A stretch of 64,000 nucleotides of DNA. It comes from Antedon mediterranea (lineage: Eukaryota; Animalia; Echinodermata). Under the pieces are notes generated by a model, which was not told where the DNA came from, searched no databases, and saw only the letters and a list, made by a program, of their open reading frames with translations. The DNA lies in the NCBI RefSeq assembly GCF_964355755.1, contig NC_092672.1, positions 18,179,237 through 18,243,236 on the forward strand, in the 5' to 3' direction. A program made the translations under genes and the position numbers. This document shows positions 15,101-26,699 of this stretch, one piece after another. Position 1 is the stretch's first letter. The number at the start of each line of letters is the position of its first letter.

Positions 15101-18100
15101 AGCATAGAGTCAAAAATCAGTGAGGCCACAGATCTTTTTACGTTGTAGCCTCAAGTGTATGGAACAGTTTACCAGCAACAGTTAAATGCTTCACTAGTTT
15201 CAAGACCAACCTGAAGACGTCGCTATTTGCTGATGTACTCATACGTTGCTAATGCACAAATCGCCATGAGCTCCACATGGGTGGGGCACACCGGCGCTAT
15301 ACAAGTTTTCATTTATTATTATTATTATTGCAGTTTCGCACCTAAGAGAGATTTCACGGTCACCGCAGCGCTGCAGGTGAATGAGAGATTGTGGGCGGAA
15401 AGTGCAGTTAGCACCGGGCCGCCATTGACGATTGAGCACAGAAGAGGAATGTAAATTCCATGGTAAGAAAGGCAAAGGCCAACTACTACATTGGCTTGTG
15501 TGAAGAACATGCAGCAGATCAGAAAGGACTTTTTAAAATTGTTAACCAACTCCTTCATCATCGCCAGGTATCACCTCTCCCAGATAGTCTTTCTGACTTA
15601 GATCTTGCGAACAGGTTCTGTCAGTTTTTCACAGACAAGATCAAGATCATCAGAGATGACTTCAAGATTGATGACATGTCATTTAATGAGCCTGTGACAG
15701 CTGTTCATCAGCATCTCACAACATTTACACCAGCATCTCAAGATGAGATCCGCAACATTCTGATGAAATCACCAACAAAATCATGCAGGTTAGATCCAGT
15801 TCCTACTTCTATACTGAAGAAGTGTATAGACGCAGTCGTTCCAATAATAACGGAAATCATTAACCATTCTCTTAATACCGGCATAGTGCCAGATGAACTG
15901 AAAATTGCTCACGTTCGTCCTTTAATAAAAAAGCAAAACTTGGATCATAACACGCTGAAAAATTACCGCCCGGTGTCGAATCTTTCTTTTCTTGGAAAGA
16001 CTCTGGAGCGTGTAGTGACATCACGCATTACTCCATATCTTCAAAAGCATAATTTAAATGAGAATTACCAGTCGGCATATCGTGCATGTCATAGCACGGA
16101 GAGTTCCCTTTTAAAGGTACAGAATGATTTGTTACAAGGAATGAATGATGGGAAAATAACGCTATTGGTGTTGTTGGATTTGTCAGCAGCGTTTGATACA
16201 GTTGATCACCAAAGACTGATAACCCGTCTGAGAAATCGCATTGGCATAAATGGTGTTGCTCTTAACTGGTTCCAGTCATATCTTACAGGAAGACGTCAGC
16301 TAGTCTGTATCAATGATGCATTCTCAGATGAAGCTTGCCTGGAATATGGTGTACCACAGGGGTCAGTAATTGGGCCTGGCCAGTTTTCCATTTATACGCT
16401 TCCCCTTGGTGACATTATTCGCAAACACAGTCTACATTTCCATTTCTATGCAGATGATACACAGATTTATGTGTCAGTAAATCCAGTGCAAAGGGATGTT
16501 GCTGCAGCAATCAGTAAGATGGAAGCCTGTATAGAAGATGTTCGCAATTGGATGACAACAAATTACCTAAAGTTGAATGATGGAAAGACAGAGTTTATTA
16601 TCGTCGGGTCTAAATGTAACATCTCCAAAATCAACATCACACATATCAGAATCGGAAACTCTAACATCGCTCCCTCATCGGTGGTCCGGAATCTGGGAAT
16701 CATGCTGGATAGTAATCTCACTATGGAAGCACAAATAACAACTGTATCCAAAGCAGCATGCATATCGATTAGGAACCTTGGTCGTATTCGCGGTAATCTT
16801 AACAAGAAAACAGCTGAATTGATTGTACACTCATTTGTCACTTCTAAAATTGACATTGGTAATGCCTTGTTGTTTGGCATACCAAAATCTCAAATACAAC
16901 GTTTGCAGCGCTTGCAAAATATGGCAGCTAGAATTGTAACTTATACAAAATCAAACGCTCACATAACTCCTGTCCTGATGGATTTGCATTGGTTGCCTGT
17001 TCAACAACGTATTAAGTACAAACTTGCGTTGTTTGTATTCAAGATCCTAAATGACAGTGCTCCTGCTTATTTATCTGACCTTGTGGATCGTTACGAATCA
17101 TCCCGCAGAGGCCTACGATCATTGTCACAAAACCTTCTTCAAGAGCGTAGAGCGAAAAATCAGTGGGGTCAGAGATCTTTTTACGTTGCGGCCGCAAGTG
17201 TATGGAACAGCTTACCAGCAACAGTTAAATGCTCAACTAGTCTAAACAGTTTCAAGACCAACCTAAAGACGTCGCTATTCGCTGATGTTCTCGCACGTTG
17301 TTAATGCACAAAGCGCCATGAGCGCCACATGGGTGGAGGATACCGGCGCTATATAAGTTTTCATTTATTATTATTATTACATGGACGATTTAATTGTTGA
17401 TCGTACGTGGGATCCAGTGAACTGTGCATCCTGTGTAGCATGTCATGGTACGTGGGACCCACTGAACTGTGCATCCTGTGTAGCATGTCATGGTACGTGG
17501 GACCCAGTGAACTTTGCATCCTGTGTAGCATGTCATGGTTGCTGTGCTTTTATTTTATTCATATGTTCTTTTTTGATACCAAAAATATACTGTTTAGCAT
17601 TTTTATGGTGGACAATTATAAATCCTAATCATTTTCGTGGACCGATCGGCTTCCCTTTATTTTTAGAATGGGTCCGATCGTCCACACAGTTGGGTATTTC
17701 CCCTCGCCTAATGTTTTTTAATGAATTTAAATAATAAATTAAAATTTGTAAATAGTAATAGTAGTTAGTAATAATAAATTGTTTACCTTCTTTCATAAGC
17801 TCCAGTTGAATTTCTTCCATAATGCTTAGAACTGTGTCAATATCATCTATCTCTTCTACAAGCTGCAAAAAAAAAGTCATACAGTAAGTCCCACGCAACT
17901 GGTGCGAGACCCAATCTTATGATCCCGCGCCATGCACCTAAAATGTTATTGTTTTAAACAAATCTCAATTTTTTTTTTATTACTGCCACAATAACATAAA
18001 AATCAACAACTTTATTGGGAGTAGGCATACTGTATGTTATGGATTATGCATGTTTCAGGCCTGGACATATTAACCAACGTTTCTTCCAAATTTAGGCAAA

Positions 18101-21100
18101 AAAAGATTTTTTGAAAACTTTGTAAAACTGTGTACAGGAAAGCCTAAATAAGTTTTTAATAAGCAGAAAACTTTACGACTACCGTATATTTCGGTGTATA
18201 AGTCGCACTTTTGACATGCAAATTTGACCTCTAAATTAAGGATGCGTCTTATACACCGAACATAAATGCCTCACCACACAGATTGTACATATCGATACCT
18301 TGAAGGTAAGGCCTAGGCACCTAGTACTAAGAGTAGGCCTAGGACAGTGTACTAAACGTAACGGCAACCAGCTTCTGTCTAGTTTTCAAGGCATTTTAGC
18401 GTGATGTTATACTAAATATGATGAAAAGATTTGTTCATTATGGAGCTGTTTTAGGTGCTCAGATAAAATTTCATTTGTAAACGTTTACGATTGCAAGTAT
18501 TATAGTTATACGCACGATCGCCGTACCTCCAGCGCAAGCCCTTCTTGGCGGCCATATGAATACGATGAAAACGTTCGCCCTATCAAATGATCGCGCGAGG
18601 CTAGCCCACACACATGGTCATGCACTCGATGTTGCGGGTGCGAAAACTCATGAATAACAAGTTAGAAAGAACTGACTTCCCTTCTTGTTGAGGCTGAGCG
18701 CGGCCGAGCCTAGGTAAGAAAAAACCTAAATAAAGGACGCCGTTGTAGATATAACAAAATATCTTATTACAATAATATTGATTACAATTTTAAAAAACAT
18801 TGTTTTGATGAAATATAAAGTGCGTCTTCTACATCGACGATATAAAAAATACCGATATTTTACTCTCAGTTAGGGGGTGCGTCTTATACACAGGTGCGAC
18901 TTATACACCGAAATATACGGTAGGCTTCCAGAGATAAACAAAGTGACAATGGTTGGGCACTGAAAAACACTATTAAAAAGTTAAACACACGGTCTAAAAA
19001 AATGTGGATTTGCAACAAAACAATTGAATTAATAGTCCAGTCAAAAATCACCCTCACCGGGGCATAAGCTCATACATTTATGAAACTTACACAGTAGGTT
19101 CAGAATATATTGTAAAGATTGCATCGTTCAAAATTTGGGATTTAAGGAGAAAATTAGACTTATATAGCAAATTTTAACCGCCTAATGTCATAAATTGCGC
19201 ACAAATGCGATGAAGCACGACTGAAATAAGGAGAAGCAAGATATACGCTAATTAACGGTTTATACAATCATTTAAGTATACAATATACAATACATTATAT
19301 AATAAAATACATATATGAACCCAAATAAAACCTAAAATATTTAGTGTTTAAAAATGTTCAAATGAAAAAGCCTCTTTTTTTAGTGGCAGAATATGTTTTT
19401 CTAATTACATTTTTTTTATATATTTATACACATTACAACCTCTAGTATACTGTACACCATCATGATGGATTATATAGTGCATATTGTACTGACAAGTAAT
19501 GATCTCCTAGTTATCTGGCTTTATTCTGGATATTGTAAATATTTTAGGTTTTATTTGGGTTTCTTTATATGTTACATTTTATTATATTACATAGCCTATG
19601 TAAATACGTAAACGTGATTGGTTGAAACTGCATCACATGACAACCGCTGCAAGGATCGTAAATCGTATATATCCTCAAGTACGATGATATTGACTGTGTA
19701 ATTTTAGCGTAATTATCGTGTCCCTGTCATTAAACAGATAAAATCCAGCAAATTCTCGAGTACGATGATATTGACTGTGTGGCAACACTCGCGTTTGGCG
19801 ATAAATAAACAAAAGTCATCTACTGGGTCTTGAACTCGCGATGAAATTGTCACTCCATCATAAGACAACGCTTCATGCGTTGCGCCACGGAACTTGCTTG
19901 AAGAAATTAATCAACTAAACTATTTAAACTATGTATACATAGCGCCCTCATTTGTTATTAGTCCTCCCTAGATGTGATGAAAGACTGTTTGTGATTGGTT
20001 AATACTCACAGTAGTAACCGGTACACGCACGACGCTGCGAACATCCGGTTATTCGGCTCGCGAAGAAGACAAATTATTATTTATTTGGCCTACCTGATAA
20101 TAATATTATTATTAATGTAAGCTTATTGATGGAAATTCTTCTGTTATTATTTAAACGACCTACAGTAGGCTAGTGAATATTTTATTGCCAAAGAATCATT
20201 AATTAGTAATTATCTGTACAGTATATTATTCTTAGCAAGGTAAGGTGTCTAGGCAGCTTGTTTACTGTACATACAATACAAAAAGGAGGCCTAGCCTAGC
20301 TACCCGCCGACCCAGCAGATATTCTACTTGTTGTTGGCTATGTAATATAACAGATATCGCCTTTTACTGTATATTGGTAAAATATAAGATTTGACATCCC
20401 CTCAGGATGATATTATGTTCTAGGGGAATTATATATTTCCCTCAAACATAACATTATTTTCTTGGGGATGTCAAATCTTATATTTCACCTCTAAGCAGGC
20501 AATATCTGTATAATAATTAATATAATGTATTGTAAAAAACTATACTTAAATTATTGTATAAACAGGTAATTAACTTAGGTTTTATAGCTTTGTTGATCTA
20601 TTTTTCAACATCTCAGGATTTCAGTCACATTCTCCCAGTAAACAATTTACGACATGGTGGTTAAAAATTGGGTATAGATGTCCAATTTTCTAGTTAAATC
20701 CTAAATTGGAATGACACAATATCAAGAAATGATCTTTACAATATATTCTGAACATACTGTGTAAGTTTCATTAAATTACGAGCTTATGCTCCAGTAAGGG
20801 TGATTTTTGAATAAGTATAACTGTTAATTTCTGTTTATAGAAGGAAAAAAAAAAATCCATTTACAGTATTATTTGTACTAAACTAAAAAAATTATTGAGA
20901 CTAGACCTAATTCCAGACTAGGGCCTCTAAACAAAAATATATTGCTTTCATCAAGCATTTAAACCAGAAATGAACCATTACATCAGGAACATCAGTACAT
21001 CTTCGTTCTGCTCTTAATACCCTCCACTCCTTTTCCATTACATCAGTGACAACTGAAGGCAGCTTTCCATCCTGAATTATTGATCCTGAACATCGTATAC

Positions 21101-22785
21101 GTTCCAGTAAATTATCACGACTTTTTCGAAGTCTCTGCAAACACCGCTGAAAGGTAATGAAAATAATTTTAAAATCTAGGCCTAGGACTATATGTAAATT
21201 TTAATTCCATTCACAATTGATTTCTCAGTTTTTAAGTCAACAGTCATGTCCCGACAAATGTGGTCAACTAATTACTGATGAGTTGCTACTAATAATGATT
21301 TTAAAAAACAGGTTTTTAACTTTATATTAATATTATTTGTGACATTTTGTAAAAATTATACATATATATTACTTTAAAAACATTAAACCAGGTCATTCCT
21401 TGTCTTAAATGTACGTTTATAAATTATGATAAAAAGTGAGAAACAATTCACTACCTAAGTAGCTTCCGGCAAATGACCTCTTGTGGGCGGTCTTTAGGCC
21501 TAGCCTAGCTAGGCTTAGTTTTGTAGGCCTAGCTGGTAAACATCGGTAACGTACGAACATCGTACGCTAGCTATATACCTACCCCGACATTGTATAGTTA
21601 CTGCATTAATTGTCTTTCTATTTTTGCCAAAAATTTGGGAAAACTCAGTATATTCACTGAAAAGTTAGGAGTAATTATCTTTCTGTTTTTGCCAGACTGC
21701 GTTGATACAAATTGGGAGAAACCTAGTATTTTCGCATTTGTTTTGGCCTCATGATCGATCGAAAAGTAGGTGAATTACAGAAGAAAAACAAAAATATCGA
21801 TATTTTGGGATTTATAGCGGGCTGCTAAAATTACATAGAATTTACTTATTTTTCGCATTTTTAACCGTCTAAAGACAAAAAAGTTATCTCAATAGGACCA
21901 CATATTATGTGGTCACAGTGCGTCATAGTCATCTAAAGGTAAGTAACATTTTTGACGCATGGGTATGTCATGGTATTCATAAGGTACGACGCACCTCTCC
22001 CAGGGTCGTATAGTGGGTCATACAATTGACAAGTGCATAATACTTGGGATAAAGATGAAATAAAGCAAACATTTTGAAAACATAGTCGAAAATGATGTTT
22101 TTTTTAGTAACGCTAACGATGTAAACAAGTTACGCCCTCTGTTGGCCGCTTGGCGAATGGACGAAATAAACAAAGTTTTCGAAGTAATAAATTGAATATA
22201 AAATTACGTTTTTTAGTAATTTACTTTATATTAGGCCTAGCTAGGCCTATATAAAAATTATCAATATAAGTAAAATACGGATTGTTAAACACCTTCAAAA
22301 CGTGATAAATATCAACAAAAATGATTATGAATTTGGTCTAAAAAGTGAAACATTTCTCATCGTCCCAGCCAGATTCATTTTGTCATTGGTCTTATCATCC
22401 ATAGGCCTACTACTAGGGCTAGCCTAGGCCTAGGCCTAGTTCCTAATATGAGGCAGTTAAACCTAGAAATTGACATAGCTTAGCCTCCTATCTAAACCTA
22501 GGCCCGGCGCACTTACTAGGGCCTAGGCTATGCCTAGCTAGACTCTAGTAGGCTAGCTAGGGTCCCGTTTAGGGTTCCGTTTAGAGTAGTAGGCCTCACT
22601 TCCTGAATTTTGACTGAGTGGGGCTGAATGGAAAGATAACGAATTGAAAGTACCTTGCGGTATGTTTCTTTCCAAGAAGGAGGAGTAGTGGCTTTATAGA
22701 GTGCCCTATGGTCACGTTCCCATTTAGCAGATGTTGGGCTAGAAAATTTGGAAGAACCACCGTCAATTTCCATCGGAGCTGCCAT
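3084..22785 (-). CDS. RPAIN: RPA-interacting protein (RIP/RPAIN), 7 coding exons, ~244 aa
   Basis: Exons 22785-22654, 21146-20976 (or 20982), 17862-17787, 8585-8471, 8125-8062, 3632-3486, 3113-3084; all GT-AG and phase-consistent. Protein has HRALYK..PPSWKETYRKRCLQRLRKSRDNLLER, VMEKEW, MEEIQLEL..EQ.LL.EYE, CPICKR..IFCACG and LLMSCEDCDFLHVVI, the RPAIN N-terminal motif and C-terminal zinc finger pattern. Confidence 0.93.
3486..3632 (-). CDS. RPAIN: RPAIN exon 6
   Basis: ttacag|QDCLTLSNVRQQLGDGVDLHTNSMCLGQPVFSVNSLDMIGSQNLLMSCE|gtaagc. Confidence 0.88.
3990..4180 (+). repeat. ~68-bp tandem repeat x3 containing a hairpin, likely the end of a non-autonomous element running to ~4900
   Basis: TATTAGTTATCCGCAATATGCGGTTAACTCCTTGTGATTGTATGAGGTCATCAAC units. 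Confidence 0.65.
5190..5510 (+). mobile_element. Degraded CR1/L2-group LINE ORF2 fragment
   Basis: Reads KPWITDGIIKSINKRNKLYK ... KTWQTIKLILGK ... IKITDPQNITNE. Confidence 0.6.
6240..6347 (+). repeat. ~34-bp tandem repeat x3
   Basis: CAGCAACTAGACAATACCAGGCTATAGCTAGCGTA units. Confidence 0.75.
6390..7612 (-). pseudogene. P2X7 intracellular ballast domain-like (KolX/nanor-type) pseudogene, 3 exon remnants
   Basis: Exon A 7612-7367 acidic start ending ..HGRE-TG|gtaagt; exon B ~6870-6754 CITIHLWFEPVILNP-(fs)-LQIS*WQYV; exon C from 6550 RRYRYTAYRQFIRWC*GCVGKNHRVPMASCVGKKIR-(fs)-EVFPDQGNNYTGFKYP. Confidence 0.8.
8062..8125 (-). CDS. RPAIN: RPAIN exon 5
   Basis: ttttag|(R)NGLMENKGVIFCACGLRIQTE|gttaca. 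Confidence 0.88.
8471..8585 (-). CDS. RPAIN: RPAIN exon 4
   Basis: tttag|(E)QTLLGEYEAHLKHEEEVLCASVANMHTKEVVTCPICK AG|gttagt; not in the ORF track. Confidence 0.88.
11920..12210 (+). repeat. GGTCTTAG-based minisatellite
   Basis: Many GGTCTTAGG(TTTAGT) units ending TTTTGTGACACCC. Confidence 0.8.
12330..15329 (+). mobile_element. Old, degraded L2/CR1-group LINE (EN + RT remnants, ATT tail)
   Basis: EN remnants (INIRS, SEMW, KRGGGVAL, GDFIIHVD, PTHQHGHTLDLVITR, ISDHYAI); RT closely matches the 15460 ORF but with stops, frameshifts and deletions; same 3' end and (ATT)n tail. Confidence 0.9.
13427..13915 (-). mobile_element. Rex1/Babar-like LINE fragment nested in the old LINE
   Basis: GVPQGCVVSPFLF and HPAFSMFQSMRSGQRFCSIKANKARFTNSFFPGAIR; ATAGT repeated at both junctions (13422-13426, 13916-13920), and host RT resumes after it. 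Confidence 0.75.
15436..17379 (+). mobile_element. Young 5'-truncated L2/CR1-group LINE
   Basis: Uninterrupted RT ORF, 3' UTR AAGCGCCATGAG...GGCGCTATATAAG and (ATT)n tail. Confidence 0.93.
15460..17304 (+). CDS. LINE ORF2 reverse transcriptase (endonuclease domain missing)
   Basis: NYRPVSNL, QSAYRACHSTE, LLDLSAAFDTVDH, YGVPQGSVIGP, YADDTQIY, LHWLPVQQRIKYK. Confidence 0.92.
   Translation: MVRKAKANYYIGLCEEHAADQKGLFKIVNQLLHHRQVSPLPDSLSDLDLANRFCQFFTDKIKIIRDDFKIDDMSFNEPVTAVHQHLTTFTPASQDEIRNILMKSPTKSCRLDPVPTSILKKCIDAVVPIITEIINHSLNTGIVPDELKIAHVRPLIKKQNLDHNTLKNYRPVSNLSFLGKTLERVVTSRITPYLQKHNLNENYQSAYRACHSTESSLLKVQNDLLQGMNDGKITLLVLLDLSAAFDTVDHQRLITRLRNRIGINGVALNWFQSYLTGRRQLVCINDAFSDEACLEYGVPQGSVIGPGQFSIYTLPLGDIIRKHSLHFHFYADDTQIYVSVNPVQRDVAAAISKMEACIEDVRNWMTTNYLKLNDGKTEFIIVGSKCNISKINITHIRIGNSNIAPSSVVRNLGIMLDSNLTMEAQITTVSKAACISIRNLGRIRGNLNKKTAELIVHSFVTSKIDIGNALLFGIPKSQIQRLQRLQNMAARIVTYTKSNAHITPVLMDLHWLPVQQRIKYKLALFVFKILNDSAPAYLSDLVDRYESSRRGLRSLSQNLLQERRAKNQWGQRSFYVAAASVWNSLPATVKCSTSLNSFKTNLKTSLFADVLARC
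17403..17538 (+). repeat. 45-bp tandem repeat x3
   Basis: GTACGTGGGACCCAGTGAACTGTGCATCCTGTGTAGCATGTCATG. Confidence 0.85.
17787..17862 (-). CDS. RPAIN: RPAIN exon 3
   Basis: ttgcag|LVEEIDDIDTVLSIMEEIQLELMKE G|gtaaac. Confidence 0.88.
18182..18920. mobile_element. Tc1/mariner-pogo-like MITE
   Basis: Perfect 27-bp TIR CCGTATATTTCGGTGTATAAGTCGCAC, TA on both sides. Confidence 0.85.
19037..20815. mobile_element. Fold-back element with ~300-bp inverted arms, right arm interrupted
   Basis: 19040-19342 is the inverse of 19537-19580 plus 20517-20812 (TCAAAAATCACCCT / AGGGTGATTTTTGA). Confidence 0.7.
19582..20515. mobile_element. Dispersed hairpin-ended repeat (inverted second copy at 37780-38980)
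   Basis: Colinear reverse-complement similarity to 37780-38980; terminal inverted repeat ATATAAGATTTGACATCCCC / GGGGATGTCAAATCTTATAT. Confidence 0.75.
20976..21146 (-). CDS. RPAIN: RPAIN exon 2
   Basis: tttcag|RCLQRLRKSRDNLLERIRC...VMEKEWRVLRAERRCTDVPD(VM); two possible phase-0 donors (20982 gtaatg, 20976 gttcat). Confidence 0.85.
21338..21900 (+). mobile_element. Kolobok-like non-autonomous family copy (partial)
   Basis: TTTGTGACATTTTGTAAAAA..CCAGGTCATTCCTTGTCTTAAATGTACG..GTTATCTCAATAGGACC shared with 28276, 31720, 35776, 62226. Confidence 0.65.
22654..22785 (-). CDS. RPAIN: RPAIN exon 1
   Basis: MAAPMEIDGGSSKFSSPTSAKWERDHRALYKATTPPSWKETYRK, then AAG|gtactt donor. Confidence 0.9.
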
Positions 22786-23689
22786 TTTTGTTTTGTCTTG
22801 TCGGTGGCGTGGTTGGCGTGAGTGTGGTGGCTGCTGGCCGTGGCTGTTTTTGCTGCTGCTCCTGCCGCGGAAGCTACTGTGTGTAAAGTATGGCGTGCAA
22901 AAAAATATACATTCAGCAGAATCTACGAAAGCCCATTAGGGCCAAACCAAATTTATATTAATTTCAGAAATTCGAAATAACGAATTGAATTTGAAATTCC
23001 GAATTTTATAATTCGAATTTTCAAATTAATACGAAGGCCTATTTAGGCGCGGCTAGTGCTGTTCTAACGGAAATAGTAATTCGAAATTTTGAATTAGGCC
23101 TTAATTTAATTATTTGAAATTTCGAATTAGGCAGAATAATTCGAAATTTCAGCTTTTGTTTCAAATTAAAAGTCAACATTTCAAATAATTATTAATCAAA
23201 ATTAAATTGTTTATTTATAACTGAATAATTAATTATTTTTGTTTTGAAGTGGTTAAGCCATAGTTAAGGGACGCACGAAAATAACGATCGATGATAAATA
23301 GATAAACATACTTTTTTGTTTGTTAAATTTTTTGTTTTCATGCATGCCTTTGGTGAAAATGATATTTTCACACGTTAAATGATGCCATGATTAGTAAGAA
23401 GAATATCGATTTTATTGCTCTAATTGACCGTGACGTCATTTGATTGGAATTTTCTACCGAAATTCAATTAAATTGCAGTTTCTGAGTCATTAATGTTTAT
23501 CCTTTATCCTATACATTAATGACATGCCTGAGTTTTAAAGTACTTTGACAAATTAATTATTCAAATAAAAACAAATTGTATCAAGAATAAAAATCGGAAC
23601 TGTATTTATGCCAGCCTCACATAGGCCTACTTATAAATAAATTGTATAAATTAAATGTCAACACTAAAATGTTGTTATGGCTTATCAAT

Positions 23690-24720
23690 TACCTTAGGGA
23701 ACGAGTACCACAGTATGTTATCGGAGATGCACAATAAAAGTATGCAAAGTTAGCACAGGCGCCCCACAAGGCTATGTATTATCCCCCATTATTATTTACA
23801 CTCTATAATATAGTGACTATGTATGTGAAAGACCCTAAATGCTCCATCATCAAGTATGCAGATGATACTACTGTAATAACAGATTTCATGTCAGACAAGC
23901 CTAACGGTTACTTCGATGAAGTAGGCCTAAATAGATTTGTAAAATGGTGTGGCGATAGATACTTCGAGCTCAATATTAAAAAAACTAAAGAATTAATTAT
24001 TGATTGATCATTTCAGAATTTAAAAACGTCAAATTGAACCACTTATAATCGACGGAGCTGTTGTGGACAAATATAACTATTTAGGAACCATGATTGATGA
24101 AAAAATTACCTGGACAGACCAGGCTGCAGCAACTGTTCGCAAAGCTAATCAACGTTTGTATTTCCTTTCTTTGGAAACTCAAAAACTTTAGGGTAAATGA
24201 AGAAATACTTTACTATTCTAAAAGCCGAATATACAAAGTGTTCTAATGTTTAACTTGTTACTGTGGTAACACGTATGAATACAATAAAAAGCAATTTGAA
24301 CGCATACCGTAGTTAAAAGAGCTAAGGAATGCATAAATGGAGATAATAATGTTATGAAAATGTATGATAATCGAATGGAACAGAAAAGAAATGCATATGT
24401 CTCACAATGCATATTTAAATATAATGACAACACACAAATAGGCCTACAGTCGGAGAGCCGTGTGCGATAATTTGCCAATAACGGTCGAAAAGTTGAACGC
24501 GGCTGCTCTCCGACTGAATAGTTGTATTTCGAACACCTGGGAATGCCTTATTGCATTTATCCTCTGTACATATTATGTTATTGTTCTGTGTATTTTACTT
24601 CATGTTTTAACTTTTTACTGATTTTATTCTATTTTATATTATGTTGCCATGAGAAAAACCAATTTCAAATCTTTCGTTGACGAACTATTTGACAAATAAA
24701 GTTATCCTGTATCTTGTATG
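23690..24720 (+). mobile_element. Degraded Rex1/Babar-like LINE 3' portion
   Basis: GAPQG, LFTLY, IIKYADDT, FVKWC..ELNIKKTKELIID; AATAAA followed by a short (ATCTTGT)-like tail. Confidence 0.75.
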
Positions 24721-26699
24721 GCCAATGATTTTGTTATACACTATCCATTCACTATGAAATATATTATGTAGACTAAAAATGAAAGCAATACTGGATATGG
24801 AACTTTACTTTTGACTTCACAGACTGTGCGAGTGCGAAGATAAAAGACACTAACGAAAAATGGCGATGTGTGAATTACGGTAATGCACGCAAACACCAAC
24901 GAAGTATAAAATGCCAAACTATTTATTTTGGGTGTTTTTCGTGTATTTGATACATAATTATATAAAATAAAAAAGGTTATAGCATAAATTGATTAAAAAA
25001 TACATTGCTGCGGAAACATGAATTGTTGAGTTGTTTTCATGTTCAACAATTTATAAAAACCATTTGGAATCGTTTTCTTTGTATGTGTTCATTTTTATTC
25101 ATTTACATTTTCTTTTTATTTCAATGGTTTTGATATTTTGCAATTTTTTTGTGTGGGAGATTTGTTAGCTATTCTGTAATTAAATTGTGGTCTATTATAG
25201 CAGCAGTAACCCGTGCTCCGCACTATCTTGTTTGCCTTAATAATGATGATTAAATAGGGTAAAAGCGCAATACTGGATACTGAAATATGAAAGTGACAAC
25301 GTGCATGACAGGTTCACGTTGAAGTATGTCAATCAGTCGGCAGATTAAAACATTTTAATTATAAAATATGAATATGAATTAAGTTATAGAATAATAAAAC
25401 TACAGCTGCTTACGGACACAAAAAGTGCACAACTCGAAATTAAATGATGCGCTCAGGCACAACCTTTTAAATTGTGGGTGTATTTTTTGTTGATATTATG
25501 TGGAAACACGACACCAATTTGGATTCGTGTTATTTAAATTGTTATTTGTTATTTTATTACATTTCATGGTTTTTGATATTTTGCAATTTTGTTGTTTGTG
25601 AGGTTTCGTATCTTTTTTTCTAGTTTTGTAATTACATCGTAGTCTAGTTTGATTTTAATTACATATGATTCGAACTCGAACTTATTGATATCAGTGGCCA
25701 CTCGCTGAGACCAATTGTGATTTACGAAGAAATTAAAACAACGACGCGATCATTGGATACGGTCTTCAGAGTGGTTCCCAGTAGGCTTATCATCAGGTTG
25801 CGTAGTTTATACAGTGACGTAACATGGTCAAATTACTGCTATTTGTTGCCCTTTTTTTAGAGTTTATCCTTAAAATTTAAGTGACATAGACTATTATATG
25901 CGCCCCATCAATAAACATCAGTGTGCTAAATGTGGCACGTAACCGCTCAGTGGTTTTGGAGGAGATACGTAAAATTACGCGAACACTTTAGTAGCATTGT
26001 CTCATGATTCTTGAAACTTCCCAAGAACGAGGTCTCTTAAATCAGAGGAAAGACACATTACAGAACTTGAAAGAGTGAGGATTGAAAACAATCCGAGATC
26101 AAAAGATGGCATGATATTGAAAAGAAGATTAAAATGATTTTGGAGAGAAAAAAAGAAAGAAAAACAATAATACGTTTTACATTAACATAAAGAAAATAGT
26201 TTGGAAGTCAATCCATCAATATTAAATTGTTCATTTTCGTTTAAATCATGTTGATAATAAATAGGCTTATAAATAAAAATATAATTTCATCTAAAAACAA
26301 CTACTACTGAAAATGCCATGATTTAAATTCATTATCGCTTTACCAATGTTGCGTCTAAAAGGTTTTTAATTAATTTATCGTTAGGCCTATTTATTGTTAA
26401 CATTATCGTTATCAATTTTGCGTCAAAAAAAATGAGAGAGCCTTGTGATAAAATGTGATACTGTTATAATATTTAGATTATTTTAAATTATGAGACCAGT
26501 GGAAATAGCTTTTGTTTTTGTTGATCCAGGACTTTTGGTTTAGATTTTTCAAATTGCCATAATGATCAGTTACATAAGCCTACGACGTGTTACTTTAGCC
26601 TACTTTTATTTAAAAGTAATCTTACTATGACTATTGTCATTATGCATTAAACAACTTTATGTTGACAAAAAAAAAATCCGCATGCAAAGATGTCAGTTA

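Noticed and set aside
17381-17734. Cys-rich ORF (CASCVACH x3) resembling a multiheme or metal-binding protein
   Set aside because: Comes from a 45-bp tandem repeat beside a LINE tail; no splice or homology support.
22960-23150. GAA/TTC-rich block upstream of RPAIN as heat-shock elements
   Set aside because: Mostly TTCGAA and GAAATTC spacing rather than three contiguous inverted nGAAn units; more likely transposon subterminal repeats.
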